Assembly (NCBI GenBank): GCA_044070495.1
Contig: JBIPSI010000001.1
Location: forward strand, 192,001 to 256,000
Length of the DNA stretch: 64,000 nt
Origin: Spirulina sp.
GTDB taxonomy: Bacteria > Cyanobacteriota > Cyanobacteriia > Phormidesmidales > Phormidesmidaceae
Direction of reading: 5' to 3'
Every line of letters begins with the position of its first letter. Within the stretch, counting starts at the first letter, position 1. Below are positions 36,850 through 47,674 of the stretch, in pieces. Under the pieces are notes generated by a model, which worked only from the letters and a program-made list of their open reading frames with translations, was not told the DNA's origin and ran no database searches. A program made the translations under genes and the position numbers.

Positions 36850-39102
36850 CTACCCTTGCAACTTGGGCTGAAAATTTCGCAATCTCAGGGCATTGGTGAC
36901 CACGGAAACCGAGCTAAAGGCCATGGCGGCTCCGGCGATAATGGGGTTGAGCAGCCAGCCAAGGATGGGATATAAAACGCCCGCTGCGATGGGGATTCCG
37001 GCCACGTTGTAGATGAAAGCGAAGAACAGGTTTTGGCGAATGTTGGCCATGGTGGCGCGGGAAAGCTGGATGGCGGTGACGATGCCGTGCAGGTCGCCGG
37101 AGATCAGGGTGATGTCGCTGGCGGCGATGGCCACGTCAGTGCCGGTGCCGATGGCCATACCCACATCGGCCTGGGCTAGGGCGGGGGCGTCGTTAATGCC
37201 ATCGCCCACCATGGCCACCAGTTTGCCTTCCCGTTGCAGGCGTTCCACCTGGGCCGCTTTTTGGTCGGGGCGCACCTCGGCAAAGACGCGGCTAATGCCG
37301 ACTTCCTGGGCAATGGCCTCGGCGGTGCGGCGGTTGTCTCCGGTCAGCATCACCACCTCTAGGCCCATGCGTTGCAGGGTGGCAATGGCGGCGGCAGAGG
37401 AGGGTTTGACCGCGTCGGCAATGGCCATCAGGGCCTCGATTTGGCCATCCACCGCCAGCCACACCACGGTGCGGCCTAGAGATTCTAGCCTGTCCCACTG
37501 GGACTTTAGTTGATCCGTGGCCAGGCCCATCTCCTGCATCCAGCGGTGGGTGCCGAGGTGTACCCGCTGCCCTGCGACCATGCCTTGAACCCCGCTGCCT
37601 GCCACGGCTTCAAAGTCTTGGGGGTCTTCTAGGGTTACGCCTTGGGCCTGGGCGTAGTTGACCACCGCCTCGGCTAGGGGATGCTCGGAGTTGCGCTCCA
37701 AGGACCCCGCTAACTTCAGGAGGTGCAGCTCGGTGGCGGTGCCATTAACAGTGACATAGTCGGTTACGGTGGGCTGGCCCTGGGTAATCGTCCCAGTTTT
37801 GTCGAGCACAATGGTCTGGATTTTATGGGCTAGCTCTAGGCTGTCGGCCCCTTTGATCAAAATGCCGTTCTCGGCCCCCTTGCCCGTACCTACCATGATC
37901 GACGTTGGCGTCGCTAAACCCAGGGCGCAGGGGCAGGCAATAATCAGCACGCCCACGGTGGGAATCAGCGCCATGGTGACGTTGCCCATCACGTTGTACC
38001 AAAGGATGAAGGTGAGAATGGCGATGGCAATCACCGCTGGCACAAACCAGGCCGTCACCCGATCCGCCAGCTTTTGAATCGGTGCTTTCGACCCCTGAGC
38101 CTGCTGCACCAGTTTGACGATCTGAGCCAGGAAGGTATCCTTGCCGACGCGGGTGGCCCGGAATTTGAAGCTGCCCGTTTTGTTCAGCGTTGCCCCAATC
38201 ACCTCATCGCCCACGGTCTTTTGGACGGGCACACTTTCCCCGGTCACCATGGCCTCGTCCAGGGTGGAGGATCCGTCGATGATTTCGCCATCCACGGGAA
38301 TTTTTTCCCCAGGCCGTACCAGCACCACATCGCCCAGCACCACCTCAGCAATGGGAATGTCGTACTCGCGGCCCTCGCGAATCACCCGTGCGGTTTTGGC
38401 TTGCAGGCCCATCAGCTTACGAATGGCTTCAGAGGTTTGGCCCTTGGCCCGGTTTTCTAGCAGGCGGCCTAGCAAAATCAGGGCAATAATCACCGCAGCG
38501 GCCTCAAAATACACATCCGGGGCCAACCCCTGGTCGATGAACCACTGGGGATACAGCGTGGGAAACAGGGAATAGAGAAACGCCGTGCCCGTGCCCACCG
38601 CCACCAGCGTATCCATGGTGGCGGAGCGGCGCTTGAAGGCTTTCCAAGCGTTGATGAAAAAGCCATTGCCTGCCCAGAGCATGACGGGTGTCGTCAAGAC
38701 CAACTGCAACCAAGGGTTGTGCATCCACATCGGAATGAAGGGAATTGGCAGACCCGTCATCATCGGCAGCGAACCCACCACCAAAATGCCACCCACCCCC
38801 AGACTAAACACCGCCTTGCGGGTAAGCTGGCGGTTCTCAGCCTCTCGCTCCCGCCGTTCGGCATCGTCCTCGGCGGCCAAGGGGTCTTCGCTGATCGGAT
38901 GGGCACCGTAGCCCGCTTCATCCACCGCTGCCTGAATGTGGGTGAGGTTGGTTTGGTGGGGGTCGTAGGAGACCATCGCCTGCCCGGCCCCAAAGTTGAC
39001 ATTGCACACCTCCACACCGGGCACGGCACGAATGGCTGTTTCAATGTTGCTGGCACAGGCGGCGCAGCTCATGCCTCGCAGTTTAAGGACTTGGTTTTGC
39101 AT
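36850..39102 (-). CDS. pacS: Cu(I)-translocating P1B-type ATPase
   Basis: GMSCAAC, TGES, CPC, DKTGT, EHP, GDGIND, YN and MAFSS copper-type motifs. Confidence 0.93.
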   Translation of the reverse strand: MQNQVLKLRGMSCAACASNIETAIRAVPGVEVCNVNFGAGQAMVSYDPHQTNLTHIQAAVDEAGYGAHPISEDPLAAEDDAERREREAENRQLTRKAVFSLGVGGILVVGSLPMMTGLPIPFIPMWMHNPWLQLVLTTPVMLWAGNGFFINAWKAFKRRSATMDTLVAVGTGTAFLYSLFPTLYPQWFIDQGLAPDVYFEAAAVIIALILLGRLLENRAKGQTSEAIRKLMGLQAKTARVIREGREYDIPIAEVVLGDVVLVRPGEKIPVDGEIIDGSSTLDEAMVTGESVPVQKTVGDEVIGATLNKTGSFKFRATRVGKDTFLAQIVKLVQQAQGSKAPIQKLADRVTAWFVPAVIAIAILTFILWYNVMGNVTMALIPTVGVLIIACPCALGLATPTSIMVGTGKGAENGILIKGADSLELAHKIQTIVLDKTGTITQGQPTVTDYVTVNGTATELHLLKLAGSLERNSEHPLAEAVVNYAQAQGVTLEDPQDFEAVAGSGVQGMVAGQRVHLGTHRWMQEMGLATDQLKSQWDRLESLGRTVVWLAVDGQIEALMAIADAVKPSSAAAIATLQRMGLEVVMLTGDNRRTAEAIAQEVGISRVFAEVRPDQKAAQVERLQREGKLVAMVGDGINDAPALAQADVGMAIGTGTDVAIAASDITLISGDLHGIVTAIQLSRATMANIRQNLFFAFIYNVAGIPIAAGVLYPILGWLLNPIIAGAAMAFSSVSVVTNALRLRNFQPKLQG

Positions 39103-39233
39103 CGATAGCCTCCTGATTGGGAGCAACGGATTGAGATCAACCGCTGATCGGGATCAATTGACAGCCTCTTGATCGGGATTGATTCATGGCTGATTCATGG
39201 CTGGGCGGAACCCATCGCTGAACGACGATAGGG

Positions 39234-39428
39234 CTAGGCCACGGTGTAGCCAGCGTCGATAATGGCCTGCTTGATCGCCGCTTCAGGGGACTCGGTCGTG
39301 ACGTTGACCTGCTTGGTTTTGGGGTCGGCGTTAACCTGGGCTGTGGCATCCACGGCTTGAACCGCCTTGGTTACGGTCTCTACACAGGCAGAACAGGCCA
39401 GGTTGGGAACGGTGAAGGAAAGGGGCAT
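39234..39428 (-). CDS. Copper chaperone (Atx1/CopZ, HMA domain)
   Basis: 64 aa, LACSAC motif, AGY C-terminus; upstream of pacS. Confidence 0.93.
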   Translation of the reverse strand: MPLSFTVPNLACSACVETVTKAVQAVDATAQVNADPKTKQVNVTTESPEAAIKQAIIDAGYTVA

Positions 39429-39458
39429 CGGTAGACCTTGGAAATCGTTGCTAGGTCT

Positions 39459-39490
39459 ATCCTGAAGTCTCTAGTTAACTAGAGGGTCAA
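39459..39490 (-). promoter_or_regulatory. MerR/CueR-type promoter-operator of the copper operon
   Basis: Minus strand TTGACC-(20-bp spacer containing perfect palindrome CTCTAGTTAACTAGAG)-CAGGAT, 30 bp upstream of the chaperone start. Confidence 0.8.
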
Positions 39491-39789
39491 GGGGGTATGC
39501 AACTTGCGTTGTCGGCGCTGCGGGATCAACGCATAAACGGTATCCATCGATCCCTATAGAGGCCCTATAGAGGCCCTATAGAGGCGAGGTCTTCTCGCCT
39601 GCTGAGGCCGGGGGTAAACCAGCCGGATGGCGTGTAAAGAAATGTCGCGAGGGATTTCTCTCCCAGGGCAGGGGATAGGGAGGATGGCGGTTTGCTACAG
39701 TAACTCCACAACCGATTAAACACCGCTGACCTAGGGCGCACTGTGGCCGCAGATCACGCGGCGATAGAAAACGTAACCACACCGAAACC

Positions 39790-41307
39790 ATGACCGCAAA
39801 CTACATCATGGCCCTGGACTTGGGAACCACGGGCAATCGAGCGATTATTTTTGATCGCGACGGCACCATTGTGGGCCAAGCCTACCGGGAACTCACCCAG
39901 TACTACCCGCAGCCCGGATGGGTGGAGCACAATGCGCGGGAAATTTGGGACGAAATCGACTGGGCCATGGGTTCCGCCATTTCTAAGGCCAAACTTAGCC
40001 CCAAGGACATTGCCGCCATTGGCCTAACGGTGCAGCGGGAAACCTGTTTGCTTTGGGATAGTGCCACCGGACGCCCCCTTTCCAACGCTATTGTCTGGCA
40101 GGATCGGCGCACCGCCCCCCTATGCAACGCCCTGCGAGAGGCGGGTAAGGCCGAGGAGATCTACGAGCGCACGGGCCTGGTGCTAGATGCCTACTTTTCT
40201 GCCACCAAACTAGCTTGGCTGCTCGAACAGGCCAGAAAAGAGGCCGATCCCCCCGTAGACTTTGACCAAGTGCTGGCCGGAACCGTGGATAGCTGGGTGC
40301 TGTGGAACCTCACCGGGCGGAAAGTTCACGCCACCGACCACAGCAACGCCAGCCGCACCATGCTGCTCAACATCGCCAGCGGACAGTGGGACGACACCCT
40401 GCTGGATCTATTTGGCATTCCGCCCCACCTGATGCCGCGCATTGGCCCCAGCGTTGGCCTGTTTGGCTATACCGATCCCGACCTGCTGGGGGTGGAAATT
40501 CCCGTGGCGGCGATTTTTGGTGACCAGCAAGCCGCCCTCTACGGCCATGGCTGCGACCGTCCGGGGCTGCTGAAATGCACCTACGGCACCGGGGCGTTCC
40601 TGGTGGCCCACACCGGAGATGAGGTGGTGCGTTCCCAACATCAATTGCTGTCTACCGTAGCCTGGTCTAAGGCTCAACCGGAGGTCAAACAGCCCCACAT
40701 CGGCTACGCCATCGAAGGCAGTATGTTCACCGCCGGGGCCTGTATCCAGTGGCTACGGGACGGTATTCAGGTAATCTCCAGCGCGGCGGAAACCGAGATT
40801 TTGGCCCAGGGGGTAGCCGACAACGGCGGCGTTTACTTTGTCCCCGCCCTCAGTGGCCTGGGTGCCCCCCACTGGGACATGAGCGCCAGGGGAGCCTTCC
40901 TGGGCCTAACCGGCGGCGTCAAGCGTGAACATATGGTGCGGGCGGTCTTGGAAGCTATCGCCTACGAAGTCAAGGAAGTGGTGGACGCCGTCAACCAAGA
41001 CTCTGGCACCCCCATTCGCCAGCTTAAGGTGGATGGCGGAGCCTGCAACAATGATTTCCTCATGCAGCTTCAGGCCGATGTACTGGGCATTCCCGTGGAA
41101 CGACCCCAGGTGCTCGACGTGACCGCCCAGGGGGCCGCCTTTGCCGCTGGCCTCGCCGTAGGCTTTTGGGACGACTACCACGCCCTCGTGGACAGTCGCC
41201 CCATCGACCGTATCTTTGAACCCGGTATCGGGCAAACTCAGGCCCAAGACCATTTCCAGCAATGGCTGCGGGCCGTAGAACGGGCCAAGGGCTGGATTGA
41301 GGACTGA
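39790..41307 (+). CDS. glpK: Glycerol kinase
   Basis: DLGTTG, QRET, WQDRRT, GDQQAAL, KCTYGTG, VDGG. Confidence 0.97.
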   Translation: MTANYIMALDLGTTGNRAIIFDRDGTIVGQAYRELTQYYPQPGWVEHNAREIWDEIDWAMGSAISKAKLSPKDIAAIGLTVQRETCLLWDSATGRPLSNAIVWQDRRTAPLCNALREAGKAEEIYERTGLVLDAYFSATKLAWLLEQARKEADPPVDFDQVLAGTVDSWVLWNLTGRKVHATDHSNASRTMLLNIASGQWDDTLLDLFGIPPHLMPRIGPSVGLFGYTDPDLLGVEIPVAAIFGDQQAALYGHGCDRPGLLKCTYGTGAFLVAHTGDEVVRSQHQLLSTVAWSKAQPEVKQPHIGYAIEGSMFTAGACIQWLRDGIQVISSAAETEILAQGVADNGGVYFVPALSGLGAPHWDMSARGAFLGLTGGVKREHMVRAVLEAIAYEVKEVVDAVNQDSGTPIRQLKVDGGACNNDFLMQLQADVLGIPVERPQVLDVTAQGAAFAAGLAVGFWDDYHALVDSRPIDRIFEPGIGQTQAQDHFQQWLRAVERAKGWIED

Positions 41308-41353
41308 TCTCGATCTGGCTGACTGACACAACGCCGAAAAGCATCGATCCCTC

Positions 41354-41438
41354 GTAGGTTGGGTGGCGCGATAGCAGAACCCAACCAGCCCAAAATCCTC
41401 GGTGAGTGTTGGGTTCCGCTTCGCTGCACCCAACCTAC
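41354..41438. repeat. GTAG-type REP doublet
   Basis: GTAGGTTGGGT...AACCCAAC spacer GTTGGGTT...ACCCAACCTAC between convergent genes. Confidence 0.75.
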
Positions 41439-41574
41439 TAGCGCGTCAGATCTAAAACGCTGGGTCTGATTTCTCTGACAAAGGCTCTGGGTGGTGCATT
41501 GCTTCGCGTTGACGCAGTCTCGCCCTGGCGTTATGCACCCTACAAATCCCAACCCTTCGCAGGACAGGGTGATC

Positions 41575-42549
41575 TTAAGCGGATCGGTTCGCGTAGGCGG
41601 TCATGGGTTCTTTGATGTAGCGAATGTAGAGGTGCTTGAAGGTGGATCGCACCACCCTGGGCATCCCAAAGTCGATGGGGAGCAGTTGATCCGGCAGTCG
41701 CCAGTCGGCTAGGCGCAGGTCGGCGGGGGCGAGGTGGGGAAACGTCAGGTCTTCCCAGGCGGGGCAATAGCCGAGGCGCAGGGATTGGGCCACCGTGGGC
41801 ACCGTTTCGACCTCCACTCCCAAGATCTCCACCATGGCCCGATCCACGGCAAACACGTCGGCGCTAGCGGCCAATACCCCCAGTTCCCTCGGATCGCCAC
41901 CGCTGGGGCCGTTGCCCTCATGGCCCAAGATGCCATCGACGATGGTGAGGGCAGGGCTAATCAGTCGGGCAGTTTCCACCAGCATGGTGCCAAAGCGCTC
42001 CACATCCTTACCCGCCTCCATGTGCCACCAGGCTTTCATTTTGCCGGGAACGCAGCCAAACAGGTTTTTGACCCCCAGGGTGAGGGTGAGCTGGGCGTGG
42101 GATTTCACCTTGGGCAGGTTGATCACCACATCCGCCTCCATCGCTTCCTTGGAGAGACGCAGGTGGTCAAACTCTGGGTTGTCCGTGGCGTAGCGATGGC
42201 CATGCAGTTCCACAATCGGCAGATGGAGTTCTTGGGCCAGGGGCAGCAGCCCATTGGCCTTGGCTACGCCGTGGGCTGTCCCAAAGGCAGGGCTATCCCC
42301 CAGAAAGGGCTTGCCGCCCGCCTCCTGAACCATCTGCGCCACCACGTAGACGACCTCTGGCCGCGTGGTGCATTCCTGGGTGGGGCGTGCCCCCGTGAGC
42401 AGATTGGGCTTCAGCAGCACCCGATCCCCTGGTTTTACAAACTGGGCCATACCGCCGAGGGGGGCCAGCAGGGCTTCCATCGACTGCCGCAGGGCTACCC
42501 GATCATAGGACTGGGCACGAATAAGACTCACGGGAACCGACATCGGCAT
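41575..42549 (-). CDS. DUF362 domain protein
   Basis: VLLKPNLL, INLPKVKSH, GVKNLFG, EGNGP. Confidence 0.9.
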   Translation of the reverse strand: MPMSVPVSLIRAQSYDRVALRQSMEALLAPLGGMAQFVKPGDRVLLKPNLLTGARPTQECTTRPEVVYVVAQMVQEAGGKPFLGDSPAFGTAHGVAKANGLLPLAQELHLPIVELHGHRYATDNPEFDHLRLSKEAMEADVVINLPKVKSHAQLTLTLGVKNLFGCVPGKMKAWWHMEAGKDVERFGTMLVETARLISPALTIVDGILGHEGNGPSGGDPRELGVLAASADVFAVDRAMVEILGVEVETVPTVAQSLRLGYCPAWEDLTFPHLAPADLRLADWRLPDQLLPIDFGMPRVVRSTFKHLYIRYIKEPMTAYANRSA

Positions 42550-42817
42550 TATCCTTTCTGCGTAGGGTTAGTCTACTGATTACCATAGCGCGATTGACCC
42601 CACGGTCTGGCCCAGGGCGGCGGGTCATGCTACGGCTTACCCAGTTGTGGTAGACAGTTGTGGTAGACAATGTACATCGTCCTTTGATCCGGTAGCGGGC
42701 ACAACGAATCTACGGCGGGCTTTAGGGCCGATCACGGGCTAGGCTATGGGGTAGTAGAATGGGCCTGTAATGGCCTATTCTTCAGTCAAGGTGAGTGGCG
42801 CAGTTTAGGGAGAGGCT

Positions 42818-43996
42818 ATGGAAGTTGCCACCGATACTTTAGGCCAAGATCGGGTGCCGCTAAAGTTTTTGCTGTTTATCGATAAGCGCCCAAGCTTGGC
42901 GAAGCAGGTGCAGCACATTCGGCAATATCTCAAGACCCTAGAGAGTCGGTTTCAGTTTCACCTCGATGTGATTGATATCGGTGAACACCCCTACCTCGCC
43001 GAACATTACAAACTGATGGCAAGTCCATCCTTAGTCAAGGTGTCGCCACCGCCGCAGCAACTTTTGGCCGGAAGTGACATTGTCAGCCAACTAGAGCATT
43101 GGTGGCCTCGCTGGCAGCAAGATTACCAGGCCCCTCCGGCGGGGGGAGATTCCTTCTTAGAAGACAGTCCCATCTCCCTGGCGGCGGCAGAGGGTGACGA
43201 CCCCTTAACCCACTCGGCGGAATTGATCAAACTCTCCGATGAAATTTTCCGCCTTAATCAAATCAAAGACGAGCTAGAGGCCCAACTGCGCTTCAAAGAT
43301 CGCATCATTGCCATGATGGCCCACGATCTACGCAACCCCCTCACCGCGGCCTCCATCGCCATCGAAACCCTCGAACTGGGCTATGCCCCCAACCAAATCC
43401 GCAAGGTCAGCCTCAGTCCTGAGCTAACGGGCCAACTGCTGAAGCACGCCAAAACCCAGGTGCGGGCCATTAACCGCATGATCACCGACATCCTCAAAAC
43501 CGCTAGGGGCGCGGCCATCGAGCACCAGATCTATCCCCAGGAATTGAATTTGATGGATCTCTGCGAAACCGTGGTGGTGGAGGTGCAGGATCGCCTCCAG
43601 GCCAAGTCCCTCCAGCTTGTCACCGAGCTTCCCAAGGACATGCCCCCGGTCTATGCCGATGGCAGCCAGATCAAACGGGTGATTACCAACCTGCTCGACA
43701 ATGCCATTAAGTACACGCCCGAAGGCGGCACCGTTTCCCTCACGGCCCTGCATCGCACCACCCAAAAGGTGCAGGTGGGGGTGATCGACACGGGGCCGGG
43801 GATTCCCGCCGAAAACCGCGACACCATCTTTGAGGAAAGCTTTCGGCTCCAGCGCGACACCACCCAGGAGGGCTACGGCCTAGGACTGGCCCTGTGCCAA
43901 CGCATCATTCGCGCCCACTATGGCCAAATTTGGGTGGATTCTGTCCCCGGTGAAGGCAGCGCCTTTTACTTCACGCTGCCCGTCTATCGAGCCTAG
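42818..43996 (+). CDS. sasA: Circadian output sensor histidine kinase SasA
   Basis: N-terminal KaiB-like domain (LLFIDKRP...PYLAEHYKLMASPSLVK...WWPRWQ), AHDLRNPL H box, HATPase. Confidence 0.93.
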   Translation: MEVATDTLGQDRVPLKFLLFIDKRPSLAKQVQHIRQYLKTLESRFQFHLDVIDIGEHPYLAEHYKLMASPSLVKVSPPPQQLLAGSDIVSQLEHWWPRWQQDYQAPPAGGDSFLEDSPISLAAAEGDDPLTHSAELIKLSDEIFRLNQIKDELEAQLRFKDRIIAMMAHDLRNPLTAASIAIETLELGYAPNQIRKVSLSPELTGQLLKHAKTQVRAINRMITDILKTARGAAIEHQIYPQELNLMDLCETVVVEVQDRLQAKSLQLVTELPKDMPPVYADGSQIKRVITNLLDNAIKYTPEGGTVSLTALHRTTQKVQVGVIDTGPGIPAENRDTIFEESFRLQRDTTQEGYGLGLALCQRIIRAHYGQIWVDSVPGEGSAFYFTLPVYRA

Positions 43997-44655
43997 GCCC
44001 GATCTAGGACGGTACCGATCAGGCAGACTCCGGTCAGGGTGGCTCCCTCTAGGCGGGTTTGGCTGAGATTGGCGCAGAGCAGGTTGGCTCCGGTCAGGGA
44101 GGCTCCAGCTAGGTTGGCTTGGCGTAGATCGGCCTCCTCTAGGTTGGCGTTGTCTAGCCTTGCCCCTTGCAGGTCGGCCCCCGACAGATCCGCCCCCTTC
44201 AGGTTGACCTCACTGAGGTTGGCCCCCCGCAGGTCGGCCCCCCGCAGATCGACCCCTTGCAGGTTCACCCCCGTTAGGGTGCAGCCATTCAGGAAGGCTC
44301 CGGCCAAGCTGCCGCCGCCAAACCGTGCTCCCATCAGATTGGCCCCCCGCAGGTTAGCCCCCCGCAGGTCGGCCCCACTCAGATCACACTGCATTAGGTT
44401 GGCTCCCCACAGGCTGGCCCGTAGATCGGCCCCGATGAGACTAGCTCCCATCAGGTTGGCCCCTTCCAGGTGGGCCTTGGCCAGGTTGGTGCGGCTGAGG
44501 TTGGCCCCCACTAAGCTGGCCCCCGGCAGGTGGATTCCGGCCAGATCGGCCCCAGCGAGATCTTCATCGGCCAGGTCGGCCCCCGGCAGGTGGCGCAGCT
44601 TTCCGGCCTTGAGGGCCGCCAGATCAAGGGAGTCGGTGGGCACGGGGGAAATCAC
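43993..44655 (-). CDS. Pentapeptide repeat protein
   Basis: A(D/N)LxG repeats along the whole length. Confidence 0.93.
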   Translation of the reverse strand: MISPVPTDSLDLAALKAGKLRHLPGADLADEDLAGADLAGIHLPGASLVGANLSRTNLAKAHLEGANLMGASLIGADLRASLWGANLMQCDLSGADLRGANLRGANLMGARFGGGSLAGAFLNGCTLTGVNLQGVDLRGADLRGANLSEVNLKGADLSGADLQGARLDNANLEEADLRQANLAGASLTGANLLCANLSQTRLEGATLTGVCLIGTVLDRA

Positions 44656-44745
44656 TCAGAAACGATGGATAAACAGCAGATTAGGGAAGCAGATGCGAGC
44701 AACCAGGCAGTCGGGCCACCGGAATGACCCAGCCCGGTACCGGGG

Positions 44746-46146
44746 CTAGGAGAACGCTGGTGACGCAAAGACCGTTGTCGCATCCGCGACCTCAGGATTG
44801 AGCAACCCGGCTCCTAGGGTAATTCTAGTGGGAATGGAAGGTAGACTCATGCCCTGCTGCAACCCCATCACCATCAGGCCCAGCATTTCCACCAGTTTAG
44901 GATCCCAGCGCTGCCCCGCCTCTCGCTGGAAATCTGCCAACACCTCAGACAGAGCGGCCATGGCCTCGGTGGGGGATTGATCGGCCTCGGCGGTGGCTTG
45001 GCTGTGCCGTTTGAGGGCCACCTGGCGCTGAAACTCCGCCACCAGGGTCAACAGCCGCGACTCTAGGGGAATGCTGTCCCCAGCTAGTCCGGCGGGGTAG
45101 CCCTGGCCGTCCCAGCGCTCGCCTTGGTGGGTGATGATGGCGGCTATGGCCCGCATTCGGGGCATCAATCGTAGCGCCTGGACCTCTTCCACGATGGGGC
45201 AACTGGGGCCATCGGCGGTGAGGGTGGGGCCATCGGCGGTGGGGGCAATGCGGTGCAGCATTCCGGCGAGACGCAACCGCTGAATTTGCCATGCGGGCAG
45301 ATCCAACAGTTGGCCCATCATGTCTAGCAGGGCCACCACTTCGCTGGCCGCTAGGGGGTTGATGGGGTCGCTTAAATCCACCAGTTGGGCCATCCACAAA
45401 AAGGCTTGTAGCTCATTGGAGATCAGGTTTTGATCCAAATCCTCCACCAGGGGAAAGGCCATGCTGCCCTTCAGATCGTCGCGGCTGTTTTGCAAATACT
45501 GCACCACCTGGGTGACGGTACGGCCCACCGCGTTGGCATCGGGGCAGACCTGGGCCGGGGTTTGCTGACGAATGGCGGCCAATTGCGCGGCGAGCTGGGC
45601 CTGGAGGGTGGGATTGTATTGGCCCATGTGGTCGATGGCGAGTTCCACCGTTTGGCAGACCAGGGCGGCATCGAAGGTCCAAAAGCCGTAGAACTTGCGC
45701 TCTAGGTCGTTGCTGGGCATTCCGGCCTTGCCGTAGTCGGCGTCGGAAAGCTCCTGGCACAGCACCATGGCGCTATACTCCGGCGAGAGAATCATCAGGT
45801 GCCATTCCTGGGCCACCGGATCGCCATCGGCTAAATCCACCAGGGCGACATTGGCCCGCTGGCTCGTGGGATGATCGTGAAAACCCGCCTCCGGGGAGGC
45901 CATAATCACAATCTGCTGGGCCTGATCGGCAATGGCGGCGTAGCGTTCCGCCTCCTCTAAGTACCATTTCCCGCGCTGGAAGGCGGTCACCACCAGGGGA
46001 GCCGCCTCTGCCCCCAAAATGCAGTCCTCTAGGGCATGGCAGAGGGCGACCAACGTATTTTTGTAGTACACCCCATAATTGAGGGGAGTGGTCTCTGGCT
46101 CGGTGCGCCCAGCCACCAACCGTTGCAGTATTGACCCCTCCAGCAT
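44746..46146 (-). CDS. DICT sensory domain protein with degenerate HD-GYP domain
   Basis: YYKNTLVALCHALED...FQRGKWY...QEWHL (DICT); ERWDGQGYP..LAGDSIPLESR with HR instead of HD. Confidence 0.85.
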   Translation of the reverse strand: MLEGSILQRLVAGRTEPETTPLNYGVYYKNTLVALCHALEDCILGAEAAPLVVTAFQRGKWYLEEAERYAAIADQAQQIVIMASPEAGFHDHPTSQRANVALVDLADGDPVAQEWHLMILSPEYSAMVLCQELSDADYGKAGMPSNDLERKFYGFWTFDAALVCQTVELAIDHMGQYNPTLQAQLAAQLAAIRQQTPAQVCPDANAVGRTVTQVVQYLQNSRDDLKGSMAFPLVEDLDQNLISNELQAFLWMAQLVDLSDPINPLAASEVVALLDMMGQLLDLPAWQIQRLRLAGMLHRIAPTADGPTLTADGPSCPIVEEVQALRLMPRMRAIAAIITHQGERWDGQGYPAGLAGDSIPLESRLLTLVAEFQRQVALKRHSQATAEADQSPTEAMAALSEVLADFQREAGQRWDPKLVEMLGLMVMGLQQGMSLPSIPTRITLGAGLLNPEVADATTVFASPAFS

Positions 46147-46450
46147 TGCAATCCTCGGTATACCCTATAAGTCTATGTAATCTGGATGATAACGCAGCTT
46201 GCGAGGCCACACCATAATCTGATGTTTCCGTCGATTCTTGCCATTCCCCGCAGGGTTGGATCGTGATCCCTGGGCTGACGTGATTTCATCTTTTTCCAAA
46301 AACCATGGGCCACAACAACCGCTACGGAAATCGTTACGAAAAGCGTTACTAAAACCGTAACTTCCGTCGCAGGAATCGCCCCACTCAGTACAGTGAGGAT
46401 GACAACAACGAACGTAGACAGCCTTCCTGCTGTGGATGTGAGGTGACCCC

Positions 46451-47674
46451 ATGACAAAACGCACACTGATCCGTGGAATCAAACCAGCAATAGGGTTTCT
46501 TGCCCTAGGGCTGGGCCTAGGCACGATGGGATGGAGCCAACCCGCCCTCGCCCAGATGGGGCCAGAGTGGCACAACTGCCTCACCCGTGAGGTCTTTACC
46601 CCCGAAAAACAAGCCTGGTGTGATCGCTGGAACACCCTGCAAAATGGTACCTACCTCGTCCCCACCACCGGGGTACAGGATTCAATGTATACCACCGTTA
46701 CCCTCACCAACGGCCAGTATGAGGCCGAGGACGGTGGAGGCGTGGCCCTGGCCAATGAACCGGGCTGGCTGGCCTTTGGGGATCTCAATGGCGATGGCAA
46801 GGACGATGCAGCGGTGATTATGGGCGTTGTTCCAGCGGACGGTACCGCCCTCTCCACCCACCTGGCCGTTGTGATGGACATTGATGGATCTGCCCAGGCG
46901 CTTAACCCCGTGCTGCTGGGGGAACGGGTGATGCTGAATAGCTTCATGGCCATCAACAATCAGCGCCTCTTGGTGCCCCAACTCACCCAAACCGAGGTGA
47001 TTAACCGCACCTTTGTCACCGATGGCGGCACCCTCAGCGAACTGGCCCAACTGCCCACGCCAGAACGGGTTCCGGGCGGCATCCCCGATGGCACCCTCGT
47101 CTTTACGAACACCTCCACCTACGCCGTGCGGGTGTTCACCCAGGAGGGCCAGCCCTACGTCAATTTGTTCAACCGCAGAACGGGGCGGCTAGAGGTCGAT
47201 AGCGGACGGGCGGTGGCGATTTCCTCGGTGGAGGGCACCCAGTACCGATACAGCGGCACCGGGGATCGGCCCTCAGTGCAGATTACAGTGGCCCCCGATA
47301 GCGCTCAAACCTTTGAGGTAAACGGCATGGAACAAACCGATCTAGCCACGGTCACGGGCACCGTCACCCATCGCGTCCGCATGGCCCTGGCCCCCAATAC
47401 CGTCGTGGAAGTTCAACTACTAGACGTGAGCCGCGCCGATGCTCCGGCCATCGTTTTGGCCAGCCAGAGTATCGTCACAGGCGGACGACAGGTGCCCATC
47501 CCCTTTGAACTGGTCTACAACCCCGACCAGATCGATCCCCGCATGACCTACGCCGTGCAGGCCCGCATCAGCGTGGATGGAAACCTGCAATTCATCAATA
47601 CCCGCCGCTTTCCGGTGATCAGCCAAGGCAACCCCAACCAGGTGGAAGTCATGGTAGACCCCGTCCGTCGCTAG
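46451..47674 (+). CDS. Secreted protein with C-terminal YbaY/YscW domain
   Basis: Signal peptide, CLTREVF..EKQAWC, GDLNGDGKDD loop, VTGTV..RMAL...LLDVSRADAP...QVPIPFEL. Confidence 0.85.
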   Translation: MTKRTLIRGIKPAIGFLALGLGLGTMGWSQPALAQMGPEWHNCLTREVFTPEKQAWCDRWNTLQNGTYLVPTTGVQDSMYTTVTLTNGQYEAEDGGGVALANEPGWLAFGDLNGDGKDDAAVIMGVVPADGTALSTHLAVVMDIDGSAQALNPVLLGERVMLNSFMAINNQRLLVPQLTQTEVINRTFVTDGGTLSELAQLPTPERVPGGIPDGTLVFTNTSTYAVRVFTQEGQPYVNLFNRRTGRLEVDSGRAVAISSVEGTQYRYSGTGDRPSVQITVAPDSAQTFEVNGMEQTDLATVTGTVTHRVRMALAPNTVVEVQLLDVSRADAPAIVLASQSIVTGGRQVPIPFELVYNPDQIDPRMTYAVQARISVDGNLQFINTRRFPVISQGNPNQVEVMVDPVRR

